Shown here: positions 41,607-53,899 of the stretch, piece after piece | Numbering within the stretch: the first letter of the stretch is position 1 | Layout of the letters: every line of letters begins with the position of its first letter | Source: Psammoneis japonica | Lineage: Eukaryota | Direction: 5' to 3' | DNA: 64,000 nt | Assembly (NCBI GenBank): GCA_008632985.1 | Contig: QPGO01000045.1 | Span: 248,001 to 312,000 of the forward strand | Program-made: the position numbers and the translations under genes | The notes under the pieces: model-generated | Database searches by the model: none | Told to the model about the DNA's origin: nothing | The model's input: only the letters and a program-made list of their open reading frames with translations

Positions 41607-41790
41607 GCCCTTCGAGGAGAACCGGGATTTGTAAATCCGGCCTCGAAGGGCTCCGTCGAAGAGATTTGACGGCATGTTGGTGAATGCATAGCTGGATGAA
41701 GCAACATGATTTGAAACCACGCGAGAATGACGGAGAAGCTCTTCTTTGGCCGCTTTGGTCAAGGAGTGACACCTGAGATTCGTGTTGGTG
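41607..41790 (+). promoter_or_regulatory. 3' UTR stem-loops, candidate SECIS region
   Basis: An 11-bp stem gcccttcgagg/cctcgaagggc (41607-41651) follows the stop. A candidate ATGA(41727)/TGAG(41774) core is flanked by the helix 41716-41724/41780-41789. An alternative TTGAC..catgttg..AA..caacatg..TGAA lies at about 41666-41715. Confidence 0.5.
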
Positions 41791-41870
41791 GATTGTTGTT
41801 GATTTGCAGCGGCATTCATAGTTTTTAGATAGTTTGTTTGTATTCAGTGTGTAATCAGTTCTGTCTGTTA

Positions 41871-43025
41871 CTATTTATCATTTGGTCTATCGTTTGCCTT
41901 TAGCCACCTCTTCTCCAAGTCATGGAGGGTACCGCCGTTCTTCGGATCATTTCGAAGCCAGTTCGTGTGGTGATCGACGTACTTGAGGTAAATCCTCTTC
42001 ATTGGGTGACTTTCTTCGAGCTCCATCAGCTTCTGACCTGGTATGATCGAATTTTTTTGTTTCATTGCTTCTGCATTCATATCCAAAGCACCTATCTTAT
42101 CTTGGGATCCTAGAAAACTCGTCGACAAGTACCACCTCGATGAAATGTAGTCTATTCTTTCTTGGCTGACTCTCCAACCAAGCGAACGAAGCGATTCATA
42201 TAGGGAACCCAAGTTTTGAGGTTTCGAGTTGGTAGGTTGCAAAAGGAGAATACTACTTTCCAAATCATTCAGATCATTACTATGGAACAAGATCTGGGCC
42301 ATCGTATTGACCCCCATACCAGCAATGCATATCACGTCTGCTTCGCCAGGCTTGAGAACGTGCAAGCCGTCGCCTACTTTGAATTCAACTCGAGACATGT
42401 TTGGGGTGGCATGAGAAGGCATAAGTGATAAGACTTCCTTTTGTAAGGCAAGCGCACCATTTCGAAGTGCCTGCTCTGAAATATCAACACCAGTTACTAG
42501 CCTGAACCGGCCAGAAATAGCCAGCCCAACTGCAAGTAGGCCGTGGTCACATCCAACATCAGCAACAGATGGGAGAGCACCGTCTTCGGTAATTTCTTCT
42601 GATTCGGAGCAAGCAAGATCAACTAAATGCCTAAGTCGACGCCATGTCTTTCCTTTTTTCGCCAAGAAAGAGAATGCTTCCTCTACCTGTTTTAGTGAGA
42701 ACGAAGTAGAATCGCCCTGATAATTTGTTGTGTTGTGAAATGTCGAAAAGCCAATCCTATGGGCAGTTAGGACACGGCAACGCTGCCGGATCCAACCTGC
42801 TGCCTGATAAGATTTACCCGCCTGGTACGAAGGAATCCGATACAAAGAGAGCAGTACGCAATTGGAATAAGCTATTCTCTTCAGACGGAAAGATTGAGGA
42901 GAAGTAAGAGCATTAGCCCTCATTGGTAGCGGCATTCTGGGTGAAACAAACGAGCCAATAGGATGATGATTCGATCCTAGTATTGAGAGCACACCAAAAA
43001 CAAAGATCGCCGACTTCCTTGTCAT
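41871..43025 (-). CDS. TrmK-like tRNA (adenine22-N1) SAM methyltransferase, probably organelle-targeted
   Basis: VADVGCDHGLL, VTGVDIS, VGDGLHVLKPGEADVICIAGMG, LLLQP. The likely start MTRKSAIFVFGVLSILG..GSF resembles a signal plus transit peptide; the ORF extends to 43082. Confidence 0.85.
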   Translation of the reverse strand: MTRKSAIFVFGVLSILGSNHHPIGSFVSPRMPLPMRANALTSPQSFRLKRIAYSNCVLLSLYRIPSYQAGKSYQAAGWIRQRCRVLTAHRIGFSTFHNTTNYQGDSTSFSLKQVEEAFSFLAKKGKTWRRLRHLVDLACSESEEITEDGALPSVADVGCDHGLLAVGLAISGRFRLVTGVDISEQALRNGALALQKEVLSLMPSHATPNMSRVEFKVGDGLHVLKPGEADVICIAGMGVNTMAQILFHSNDLNDLESSILLLQPTNSKPQNLGSLYESLRSLGWRVSQERIDYISSRWYLSTSFLGSQDKIGALDMNAEAMKQKNSIIPGQKLMELEESHPMKRIYLKYVDHHTNWLRNDPKNGGTLHDLEKRWLKANDRPNDK

Positions 43026-43131
43026 AGTGGAGTCCCCATTGTCGATAATAGAAGTACCGGGTAGGAAGATTGGAAGCACCATTCAATGCGGACGGTATGG
43101 CCCGGTGAAGACGTGCTCTAGTAGTAGAGAT

Positions 43132-43227
43132 ACCTCGCAACTCACGGTCCTCCACGAACGCACGGACGAAGAGCCGCGAGGTCTAATGCTTTTTTCGCTC
43201 AGACCTCGCAACTCACGGTCCTCCACG
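43132..43227. repeat. 25-bp direct repeat in the divergent intergenic region
   Basis: acctcgcaactcacggtcctccacg at 43132 and 43203, between the divergently transcribed TrmK-like and kinesin genes. Confidence 0.8.
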
Positions 43228-43558
43228 CACGAGCGCGCCATCTCGCTCATGACCCTATACCGGCACGAAGATTACGAATCATCTCATTTAACCGTTGGGC
43301 ATTCTTTGGTGTAGCTTTCTACGTGTTTTCAGCACCAAAGAGAAAACTATCCGTTACTTTCGATGCCACGAGCTTCTCACACAATACAAAACAACACAAA
43401 CCACCGCACTGCGTGTTGGACGAAGACGGAGTTTTGTGTTATCGTTCACTGTCAAAGAAATAGACCCACAAGTTATATCATTGATACTTATCAAGGACGG
43501 ACTTTCGTTTGCTGGCTTCAGGAAAGGAATAAAGCTATTTGCGCGAGATTTCCGAAGG

Positions 43559-46337
43559 ATGAGCTCTCGTCGAATGTCTTTCAGTGGAGGCTCAGGTGGA
43601 AGGCCTGTCCTTCAGAGCTCTTCTTCGCGTCTCAATTCTCGTTCCTCGTCAGCGTCTCGTCGCAGATCGGTGGGTGGCGATGCGCTCGAGCCAAGTGAAG
43701 CTTCGGCAAACAAGGACCGCAGAGCTCTGCTGGATGAATGGCGTCGGAAAGCACGAGGGCGTGAGAATGATGAAAACGAGTACGAAGCTACAACCAAGCG
43801 CATTCGAGTTCAGACATCCGAAGCTCCGCCATTGGCACCATCATCGAGGTATGCCGCTCCTTCTCCCGCTCGTGGCGCCTTCTCCGCTGCACCGCCAAGG
43901 GACAATAGTATTCAGGGCATTCGGGAGAGAATTCGAATGAAGCAAGAGCAACAGAAGCTTCAAGATCAGAACCAATACCTGTCTCAAGATGAACCAGATA
44001 CATCCCACCTCCGCACTATTTGCTACGACGATGAAGACGAAGAGCCGGCAGTGGTAACATCAACTCCGTCGCTGAGTAGATCTAGACTCGGCACAACTGG
44101 TTCGGCTCGACGAAGAGCCAGCTTCTCAGTCGGGGCCATGTCACGTACTCGAGCTTCACCTTTAAGAAAGCATACAGATTATGCCGGTACGTTTGCCTTG
44201 TAATATCAGTCAGAGATCAAGTCGCACGACGTACTGTGGTTGTCTAACACATTTCTTTCCTGTTGTCTTTTCAACAGAGTCGCAGTCGTTAAGTCAGCTT
44301 ACCACGCAATCAGAACCTACTCCTCGAAAGGACGAGGATCCTGTTGATCCCGTGGAAGCGTCGGGGTTAAGATCTCGGGTGGTTGTTTTGGAGCAGCGTA
44401 TCAAAGTACTGGAGAAAGAAAAGATGGATTTGTCAATGATGAATGCTCCGTTGGAGGTACGGATGCGCCAAAAGGAAGACAACTGGAAGAAGCAGCAAAA
44501 TCGATTTGAGCAGGAAATTGATGCACTCATGACATCCTCGAAAGAAAGCGACGAGCGCTACCAAGACTTGAAGGTCAAGTTTGACTCTCTGCAAGAGGAA
44601 AACAAGAAGCTTCAATTCGAGAACCGGAAGGCAGCAAGCTCTCTTACAACTCAGCAGAACGAGAGTAGCGCTTGGTCAAGGCAGCTTCAAAATGATAGAG
44701 ACGTCAAAGACTTGAAGGATAAGCTGCGTCATGCAGAGGACGAAATTAGATTCCTACGGTTGGAGAAAGTGTCGGTCGAGAAGGAAGTCCGAGCGACTAA
44801 CATGGAGTTTGAAGCGCTCCTTCGTAACTACGACGAGCTTGCTGCAGAAAGAGACGAGCTTGCTGCATCCAGCTCAGAGGACGGAGAAACCAAGGTTCAA
44901 CTCGAAATGCTCACGACACAGAACGTAGCTACTACCGCTCAGCTCAACGCTGTCATTGCCGACCTTGCTTCGACCAAAGCACTTGCGCAGGCGACGTTGG
45001 AAGCAAAAGAAGAAGAGTGGAAGAATAAGTTGACGCAACTTCAGTTTGATATGAGTGTATTGAAAACTCGTGCTGGAAAGGTGGTCGATTTAGACGAATC
45101 TATCGGTGTGGACGACGAAGAAGATGAAGCAGTTTTGAAAGCTCGAATTGAAGAACGTGATCGTCGGATTGTCGAGCTCGAAGAGCAGCTACTCAAGGGG
45201 GAACAGCTCCGTCGTATGATGCACAATCGGATTCAAGAACTGCGAGGAAACATTCGAGTTTTCGTTCGTACACGTCCCTTCCTTCCTGGAGATGGAGAAT
45301 CACAGACGTCATCGATCGACGTTTGTCCGGACGGGGAGAGTCTCGCGATTACTGACCCTAGAGGGGGGAAGACCCACGAGTTTAAATTTGATCAAGTGTT
45401 TCCACCTTCAGCTGGCCAAGACAATGTTTTCGAGGAAGTTTCCGATTTTGTCCAGAGTGCATTGGACGGTTACCATGTTTGTCTGTTCTCATATGGTCAA
45501 ACAGGGTCGGGAAAAACTCATACTATGCAAGGTAGTGGCAATGGAGGAATGAGAGGTATTATTCCCAGAGCCGTCGAGCAAATTCTTTCTCAGGCTGCGG
45601 TCCTACAAAGCCAGAAGTGGGTATTCAGAATGAGTGCAAGCTTTCTAGAGATCTACAACGAAGAGCTGAAGGACTTACTTGTAGCAATGACAGGCGGGAA
45701 GAAGGCTCAACCTCGCCTTCCAAACAGTAAACTAGCGAAGCTTTCCATCAAGAGGACAAGAGAAGGGAAGAGCTATGTTGATGGTTTGACGAAGGTACCG
45801 ATCGAAACTCGAGCGTCTGGATCCGGAATGAGTCAGTTGGAAGATGTGATGGCATGCGCTGCACGTACTCGCTCAGTGGCGAGCACAAAAATGAATGCGC
45901 ATAGCTCTCGAAGCCACTCTGTTTTCATTTTACATTTGGAGGGGTACAACGAAGATAGCGGGACCACGGTGCATGGTGCACTAAATCTGTGTGACCTTGC
46001 TGGAAGTGAGAGGTTAGATCGAAGCGGCGCTTCGTCAGACGCCAAGCGCCTAAAAGAAACGCAATCTATCAACAAGAGTCTCAGTTGCCTTGGAGACGTC
46101 TTCAATGCGCTTGCCAATGGCGCTCCTCACGTTCCGTACAGAAACTCCAAGCTTACCTACCTTCTCCAGGACTGTCTGAGTGGTGACGGAAAGGCGCTGA
46201 TGTTTGTAAATTTGAGTCCAACAACAGCGAGTGGCAACGAAAGTCTCTGTTCCTTGCGATTCGCTCAACGAGTGAATCAGGTTGAGCTTGGAAAGGCGAC
46301 CAAGCACATTGAATATTCCAAGTCGAAAAAGAATTAG
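43559..46337 (+). CDS. Kinesin-14 (C-terminal motor); exons 43559-44186 and 44278-46337
   Basis: Long coiled coil, then the kinesin-14 neck RRMMHNRIQELRGNIRVFVRTRP, YGQTGSGKT, NAHSSRSH, DLAGSE and HVPYRNSKLT. A GT-AG intron preserves the frame. Confidence 0.95.
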
Positions 46338-48184
46338 TTGCGTTTGGAGAGAGGTAGGGGGGGTTATAAGGGAAACCGTTATTCTAAAAGCATGTAATAT
46401 GCAACACAGTTTTTTGTATCGTTTTCTTTGAAGCGTATGTAGCTGTGTCACCGTAGTGCGGATTGTTCCACCACGACCTACCGTGTTGCATACAGCGCAA
46501 CAATATCATTGCGACGACACTGAAGTTCCGGCCTCTCTCGTTTTTGATTCGTTTCTCTACAGAGAATGCGCCAGAACTTCAAGATCCACCCTGAATGTGA
46601 TCTATTCATAATGGAAAATGGATACCGTGGAATGATGTATTACCCGTGTTTACTAGGTACACTGACCCCAATCAGTGACACGACCGATGACGACCGACCT
46701 ACTACGCCACAGGACGCTAATGAGCCTTAACTCGACAACCAACGCAAGTGGAGAGGTGAGGTGCTTCAATGCAGTGACAATGTTGGCATCTACGCACCCA
46801 GCGCCACCGTATGTGCTTGACCTGTGAAGAGCGCCACTCTGCAGATTCGAGCCGAACGTCCACTCTGATGCTTCTTCTTCCGCCTCTCTTCTCGTCGTTT
46901 GCTTTCGCTAGACCAAAAACAATGACGACTTGATTCGGTACATCCACACGAGGTTGCTGAGTAAAGTGCCTTTCGGGGGGAAAGGCTGGGACCTGTGTCA
47001 GCTGAAAACAACGCGTCGTTGAGTGCCCGCAATTTTTCACAAGTGAGACTCCCTGTCGTCACTTGCATAGCTTTTATTGTGGCAGTACTGTCTGATGGTG
47101 CAGCACTTTCAGATGATGAATAGATACTCTCTCTCTCTCTCTCTCTTGTATTGGTTCCCCACTCTTGAGCTCCACTAGCCAAACCAAAACAACAAATGGT
47201 CCAATTTGTAAGCATACGGATACAGATGACACCATTCGAGCCGCTTTGTCGAGAAGCGTCAATGTCAACCCATAAATCCGTTCCCAAGTACTCATGACTT
47301 TGTATTCCGGTTCATGATGTAGTTCTGGCTTGATAATAATGACATGGATTCTGAGAGCATAATCAATAAATGGTCTTCCTGGCTTGTCACCCTTCTCAAT
47401 CACAAACAAGGCATCCTTGCGCAATTAGACAGACAGTTTGCCTCAAAAGCAAGTAACAATTTTTCATAGCCAACCTTGAACTCTGCTAGCTCATTAGCAG
47501 CAGCAGCAATGGGTGCAGGGACAATACGTAGCCGCGTTCTTGGCCAGGAGCTCTCCGGCTTACACGTACAATCATTTGACTTCTGACGCAGTATCAGCAA
47601 ATCATCACCAACTCCCAATCTGCCTCGTCGACGCCTGTCGCTAGTACTTTGCAATTGGCAATGATATATTTCACTGCACCTGGCTTCTTGTAGAACATGT
47701 TCCCGTTGTACGGTACTGCAGACATTTCGGGACTGTCCCATACAAGAAATATGGAAGCGTCGTCCTTCAACACCGTTCAGTCGAGCCCGCGAACCCCGTG
47801 CTCGAGAATTGGTTGAGTGGAATAGCACAGCACCGCTTACATTTAATATATGGAAAGGCGCTTGGATTGCAAAAGGTAGCATGGCATCCTTGGAGAGCTG
47901 GCTCGAGATTCGATGCATGCGTGCGTGCTCACGGATCTCGTCTAGATCCACAACACATTGTGGAGTGGGGAATGCAATGTCGTGCTCCACACTTTCTCCC
48001 AGCGCCCGTCGCTTGATGCACGGTCAAAACAGCGTTCTCAATACCGGTACGGTGATTTGTTTCGGAGACTGATTTTACCGACGAGGAGTTGCCATTAGAA
48101 GAGACGGCAGTCGGGATTCAAGAAGCAATGGATGCGTTGGTGGAATTGACTCTAGAATCAGATAAACAATGACGAGAACAAGAT

Positions 48185-48400
48185 CAAGCTTGGCATGGGG
48201 CACTAGAGCTGCTACACTGTCCACCACAATCATGTCAACGGCCGAGCTCCTCACCAACTGGTCCACGTTGCCCAAAGCCATTTCTCCCGAGTCTGGCTGA
48301 GAGACACGAGGAGCGAGTCGATATCTACGCCAAGGTCATGGACATACGATGGATCAAGAACGTGCTCTGCATTCACAAAGGCGGCGGTTCTTCTTCAACA
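48185..48400 (-). pseudogene. recA: RecA fragment
   Basis: [30 protein letters not shown], a 2-nt frameshift, then [34 protein letters not shown] (Walker B region). No Walker A or C-terminal part is visible. Confidence 0.85.
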
Positions 48401-48711
48401 ACCTTGCTTGCATGCCTCGTTCAATGTCATCGAATGCGTCGATGGATCGAGACGATAGTGCAGTGCGACAACCGACAACGGAGAGCGAAGAAGTCTATTG
48501 ATGCATGGACAGACCGTGTTTGGAAGGAGTTTTTGAAGTTTCGAAAAATGTCGTGACGTACCATACGAATTCCTACGTAGATTGTACGCGCGACTGGTCG
48601 TGTTCGCCAATGTCGCTCACCTACCTCGCACTCTGAAATCGCAGAACAAACCCGTCGGCTTCTCTGCCAACCTCAGGATAAGCTCGTCCATGGTGCTGTA
48701 AACGTTGAAGA

Positions 48712-50652
48712 ATGCTTCGGTCCTGCTTGACACTATCCCAGCGACAGGACTTGCTCGTGAGAAACAGTCGGCGGTCATTTACAATAGCTGCAGCGTCGTC
48801 ATGTCTCGCTAGCAGCAGCAGTAGTGGCCTCGGTTATTCTCCTCGAACTCTATTATTGGGGAACGATAACCAGTGCTGTGGTGGTGTGCAAGTGTCGCTG
48901 CTTGAGGATAGACACAACTGGCATTGCCAGAAGCAACAGTATCGATCTTATATATTTGTACCCACGTCGTTCCAGGAATTGCTGCAAAACGTTCGATCAC
49001 TTTACGACACGACGCAAGAGCGACGAACAGTCTGGGTGAAACTGGTGCAAGATCAATACACAAGAACCAAGGATCGAGTAGTAGTATCTAAAACAAAGGT
49101 CCATCGACTGTCGCAACGAACAAAAGGAAGAATAAACCGAGGCAATAAGAAGGCCATCTTGCTTAAGAAACAAGTCAAGGACAGACTGGTCTTTCATTCT
49201 TCCAATCTACTCAAGCAAGCAAAAGGCTTCGTGACGTGGGTGCTAAGAATCGCATCACCCGACTCAAGACACGAGGAATTGAATCACTGCTTCGATATCA
49301 ACAAAAAACCAACAAGTACTTACCAAGAGCATATAAGACAAAGCCAATTACCCTTGAAGAGTATTCCAAGGCAGACTGGTTTGATGAGAACGGGTACCCG
49401 CAAACAGCACGTGATGAACGCTCGGGGAGATTTGTCAACCCGTGGAATTCTGTCTCTACCAATGGGCACCATTCACTCTTTTCATTTCTTTCATGGCGAC
49501 TGGATAGACTCATTACAAAAGCAAGGAGGTACATTTGGGGCGAATCTACAGACCCTACTCTGAATGATGCTACTGGCGGAGATTCGAAGCATATAGTGCT
49601 TGCGCCTTGCGTTTCACAAACTAACCCTGATGCAATCAAGTTGACGTGGATGGGGCATTCCTCTTGTTTGGTGGAAATGGCCCGTGGTGATATTACAATA
49701 TTGACAGATCCGCATTTTTCGTCGTATGCCTTTCCATTGGACTTTGGAGGACCGAAACGACTCGTGGAAGCGCCGAAACTGGATTCATTACCACAACTCA
49801 TTCATGTCTGCGCCATTAGTCATGATCATTATGACCATTTGGATTATGAGACGGTGTGTGCATTGAAAGATAGAACATCGTGGTGGGTTGTCCCGCTTGG
49901 CTTGAAAGAATGGTTACAGGCGGAATGCAATGTCAATCCCAGTCAGATTGTGGAACTGCAATGGTGGGAGTCGACGACATTTCAAAAAGTGGAATCGTCC
50001 CTTTCACAAATCAAACAACAACAACAAGAAGAAGCCGGTACTCTTAAAATCACTTGCGCTCCGGCGCAGCATTGGTGTAGTCGCACACCGTGGGATCGAA
50101 ATGTAAGGCTGTGGTGCTCCTTTGCGATGGAGTACAATCAAGATTCGCTCCACCAGCGTTTCTACTTTGCAGGTGACTCGGGATATCCAAGCGAGTTTCC
50201 GCTCTTTCGACAGATTGGTGATATGCTTGGGCCATTTGATTTGGCCGCCATTCGTAAGTTATGAGAGTACTACTTGTTGGGTCTGCTCGTGATTCTGTAA
50301 TTGTATCCCCCCATGCAGCGTCTCACTTTATCTCTTTCTTTTATTCGCAGCGATTGGCGCATATGCGCCACGGTGGTTCATGGCCGACAGCCATGCATGC
50401 CCACGGGAAGCTCTCCAAATACACAAGGATTTGAAATCAAAGAAATCCGTTGCGATTCATTGGGGTACGTTTGATTTGGCGGATGAAAATGTACAAGAAC
50501 CTCCCTTGTTGCTACAGGAAGCATTACATGAACAAGACGATGAAATAGATTTTGTTGTTTTGCGTCACGGGTCGTCGGTGGAGTCCAATCCAGATGAACA
50601 GCATGAGTATCCAATCTACAATCAGGAGAGGCAGAGATGCGAAACATCATAA
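48712..50652 (+). CDS. NAPE-PLD-like metallo-beta-lactamase-fold hydrolase; intron 50254-50350; apparent frameshift near 49200-49240
   Basis: GRFVNPW, LTWMGHSS, ILTDPHFS, ISHDHYDHLD, PAQHWCSR, YFAGDSGY, PFDLAAI|PIGAYAPRWFM, AIHWGTF. The upstream transit-peptide-like ORF is in a different frame. Confidence 0.85.
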
Positions 50653-52749
50653 ATTGGGTCGAATGACGGGCCCGTAGACTAGCAGGAGATGCCGTTTCAA
50701 TGACGAGAAAATGTTGCTACACAATCTTAAGTTCCATTGCTATGTACGGTAGGGATAATCGTGTTTGTGATGTGCTATCTAGTTCGAATCGTTGTCATCA
50801 CTGTCTTTGCCTTCGTCTTCCTCAAGATCAAACAGATCCACAGTGCCTTCTCTTTGTTCTAAACACACCTCCAATCCGACGTATGAGCCACTCATCATCG
50901 TTCTTCCTGTTTTCGACGACGAATGACTACCGGTAGCTGCGATTCCAAATCGACTCTTTGCAGATGTTGCGCTGTGTATGTGGACATTGATAAAATGAGA
51001 GCAACAACAAGGTGTGGGGATTTGCTGCACGCTGGTAGATTTTACAATACATACCATAGGTTGAACTTACTCGTGGCAAACACCGTCCGTCGTCGACTGT
51101 GGAGTCGTCACCTTTTTCTTGCATGGGCTGAACGTTGACCATGCCGTGTGCATCCGACCAGTCCGACACCAATGTACCACCCAAGATTTCTTTTCTGTTA
51201 CAGTATGATGGACTGGGATCACTTGGAACACAGACACAATCGCAACTCCGTGGATACTGTTTCGTCAATGTTGCGGTGCACCAAAAGGGTCCTCTTCAAC
51301 AGAACCACTATCCGAAGCTGACGACAGAGAGCTCTTGCCGCCATTCAACAATTACAGATTTCCTAGACATGGCAGTTTAGATAGAGGTGGGCCGAAGCGA
51401 CTTTTAAGGTAGTAGTCCATATTAGCTTCTTCGATACATGCTCTCCGCTGGCACTATCTCCTAACTAAGCGGAGTACAAACAAGTCGGATAGAATCGCTT
51501 TCTTCCAAAGACTTGTGACACCGATTGCGATAATAGCAGCCCAATGACGGCTTAGCGAAAGAGCCTTGTCGGTACTACCGTACTATGTTGAGAAGGTGGC
51601 GAAAGAAGAACCCAGTAATATCGTCAGTTTGAGCGGCCACGTCGTTTTCAATTCCGATTCTTGTGGGGATCACAACAGCGCCACTTGCCGATGGCAAATT
51701 GAAACAAATCTATGCCACAGACTCTGTAACCACAAACTCTGTAAGAGAACGCCTGGGCTGTTCAAAGTTCAAAGACTTCATCGGCAAGGCGATGTACACT
51801 CTGCTGGCCGCGTTGACGATTGTGGGCGTTTCAATCTGAGATTTCTCTTGGCCTCCTGTGACTTAAACAAATGAGATCAGCAAAGCTCGTGTGAGCTACA
51901 ACCAAGCTTAACAGCAACCACTCTTACAAACGACAGACCCGCAGCAAGCTCACAGTTCAAAAATCTCCCTCGGCTGAATTTGGAGAACGGGGACGCAGTG
52001 CATGAGGACAGTCGCCAAGCTTCTAGAAAAAGTGCTCCTAATTTTGGATCCGCACCACACAAACACAAAAATGTGTTGTTAGACACATTGCTGCATTGAT
52101 GGCTTGGTTCGCTCACCAACAGTGGCAATCCCAACAAAGATTCAGTGACGCTTGCGCTGGTGCTTTCTTCCCCAAAGCACTCTGCACTTGTTGAAACTGG
52201 TCAGCGGCACATGCCTTTTCTTGTAGTTTCCTCGCAAGGCCGAGTCCTTCAATGCACCCTTGGCCTTGAAATGTGACGCAACTGGCCTCAGCAATGTCAT
52301 CAAATCTGCCAGGAGGGCAATCCAAAATTGAATTGTCACCAAGAGTGCAACACTGGTGCATGCCAACTCCTCAACAGCCTTGGGTTTCTTCATCCAGAGC
52401 CTTGCTGCATGAGTCTCCAACATGGCAAACAAAAGCCTGGGCTGGAGCCAAAAGCCCTCAACAAGCTTGGGATTCTGCTTTGGCAACCACACTGCAGAGT
52501 GAGTGCTCCAATCACCACACCAGCCAATCATTCACTTGAACAATCCCCCAAAGAATTGATTCATGGCAACAGATGATGCAGGCATGTCCTTGACATTCTG
52601 ACCAGTGTGAGCTGAAACAAAACCTGGTGCACACGGTCTTGTTTCACTGAGCACCTTTCAAGCACCAGTGGCTGGATGAGGTTCAGCAACTGTGCATCAT
52701 CAAGTGGGTGAAACACTGCCCACAGGGATGCCATGCAATCTTGTCTAAT

Positions 52750-53510
52750 CATTTTTGAGTGGCTTGCACATGCTTTGTAATTTTGCAATGTGGACAATTT
52801 GACAGTGATGTCAGTGGGCACAAAGCACAGGCATGTGCATGGACAGCCTGCTTGTCATCACAAAAGGCACATTGGATGACCACACAAGAAGGTGGGCACC
52901 ATGCTTTCTTGAGAAGCTTGAAGACACTGGGCTTCAGGTGTCAGCACCTCAACATTGCTGTTCTGTGGAGTGGGCTTGTTCTTTGACTCAAGAAAAAAGG
53001 TTGAGAAGTGTTGCCGGGCCAAAAAACAAGAAAGAACTTTGGTCATTTGGCGGCACAGTGAGCTGCTGCCAAGATGCATGGTTGCACAGATCGGACATTT
53101 TGGCATCCCTTGCAAGACTTGCAGGCTGGGCCATGAAATGGGAGGTGACTTCTGGCCATTGAAAAAGAAGTGCTTCTAAACTGTCAAGTGAGCAAAACAT
53201 CAGAAGAGATGCTTCTTGCATCCAGGATTTGACAAACTGTTTGAAATCTTTGCCATTGGCTGCATTCAAACATCAACCCAGAGCAGCAACATCTCAAGAC
53301 AAAAACCTGTCACACTTTGCAGCATCAAACAGCTGAGTGGTGCTCAGCTGACTTGTGCAACAGCAGAGCAAGAATTGTTTGCAATTTTGACACTCTGAAA
53401 AGTTCAGATCCACTTTCTGTGGTCATGATTGTTGCACCATTGTGCACACGGATCACAAAAACCTCATGTGCAGAGCATTCAAAGCTTGGCATTAAAAGAA
53501 TGCAGGCCTG
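52750..53510 (+). mobile_element. Ty3/Gypsy pol relic (RT and RNase H)
   Basis: CMDSLLVITKGTLDDH (YxDD), KLEDTGLQVS, PKNKKELWSFGGTVSCCQDAWLHRSDILASL (..VNYYRD.W..RS.ILAPL), HPGFDKLFEI (YPDF), SGAQLTCATAEQELFAI and VHTDHK (VYTDHK). Confidence 0.85.
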
Positions 53511-53899
53511 AGCTGAGATGTGCAAAAGGCCATCCCAATTTGATTGCAGGCTGCTGTCTCAGCCATCTCAACCCAAGCCAGGCCAACTTTTGACTCTAAA
53601 AAATGTTGCCCAACAGCTGCAGAAACACACACCTGAAGTGCATGATCTCAACAAGGCCTTTGCAAATGAAGAAAGGGAGATTGCAACAACTCCCACCAGG
53701 TTTGACAAAAGCCAACTCAAACAGCCAAAAAATGGTCACCTGTTGCAAAACAGTTGCATTTTGCATGACTGTTCTGCGTGCAGAAATTCTGATGAGAAAT
53801 GAGAAATGTCCAACAGATGGCTGTTTTGTTGATGAGACAAAATTTGAGTCACAAAATCAATCTCCTGTGTGGGAGGCTTCTGGTAAAAAAGGTGGCAGA

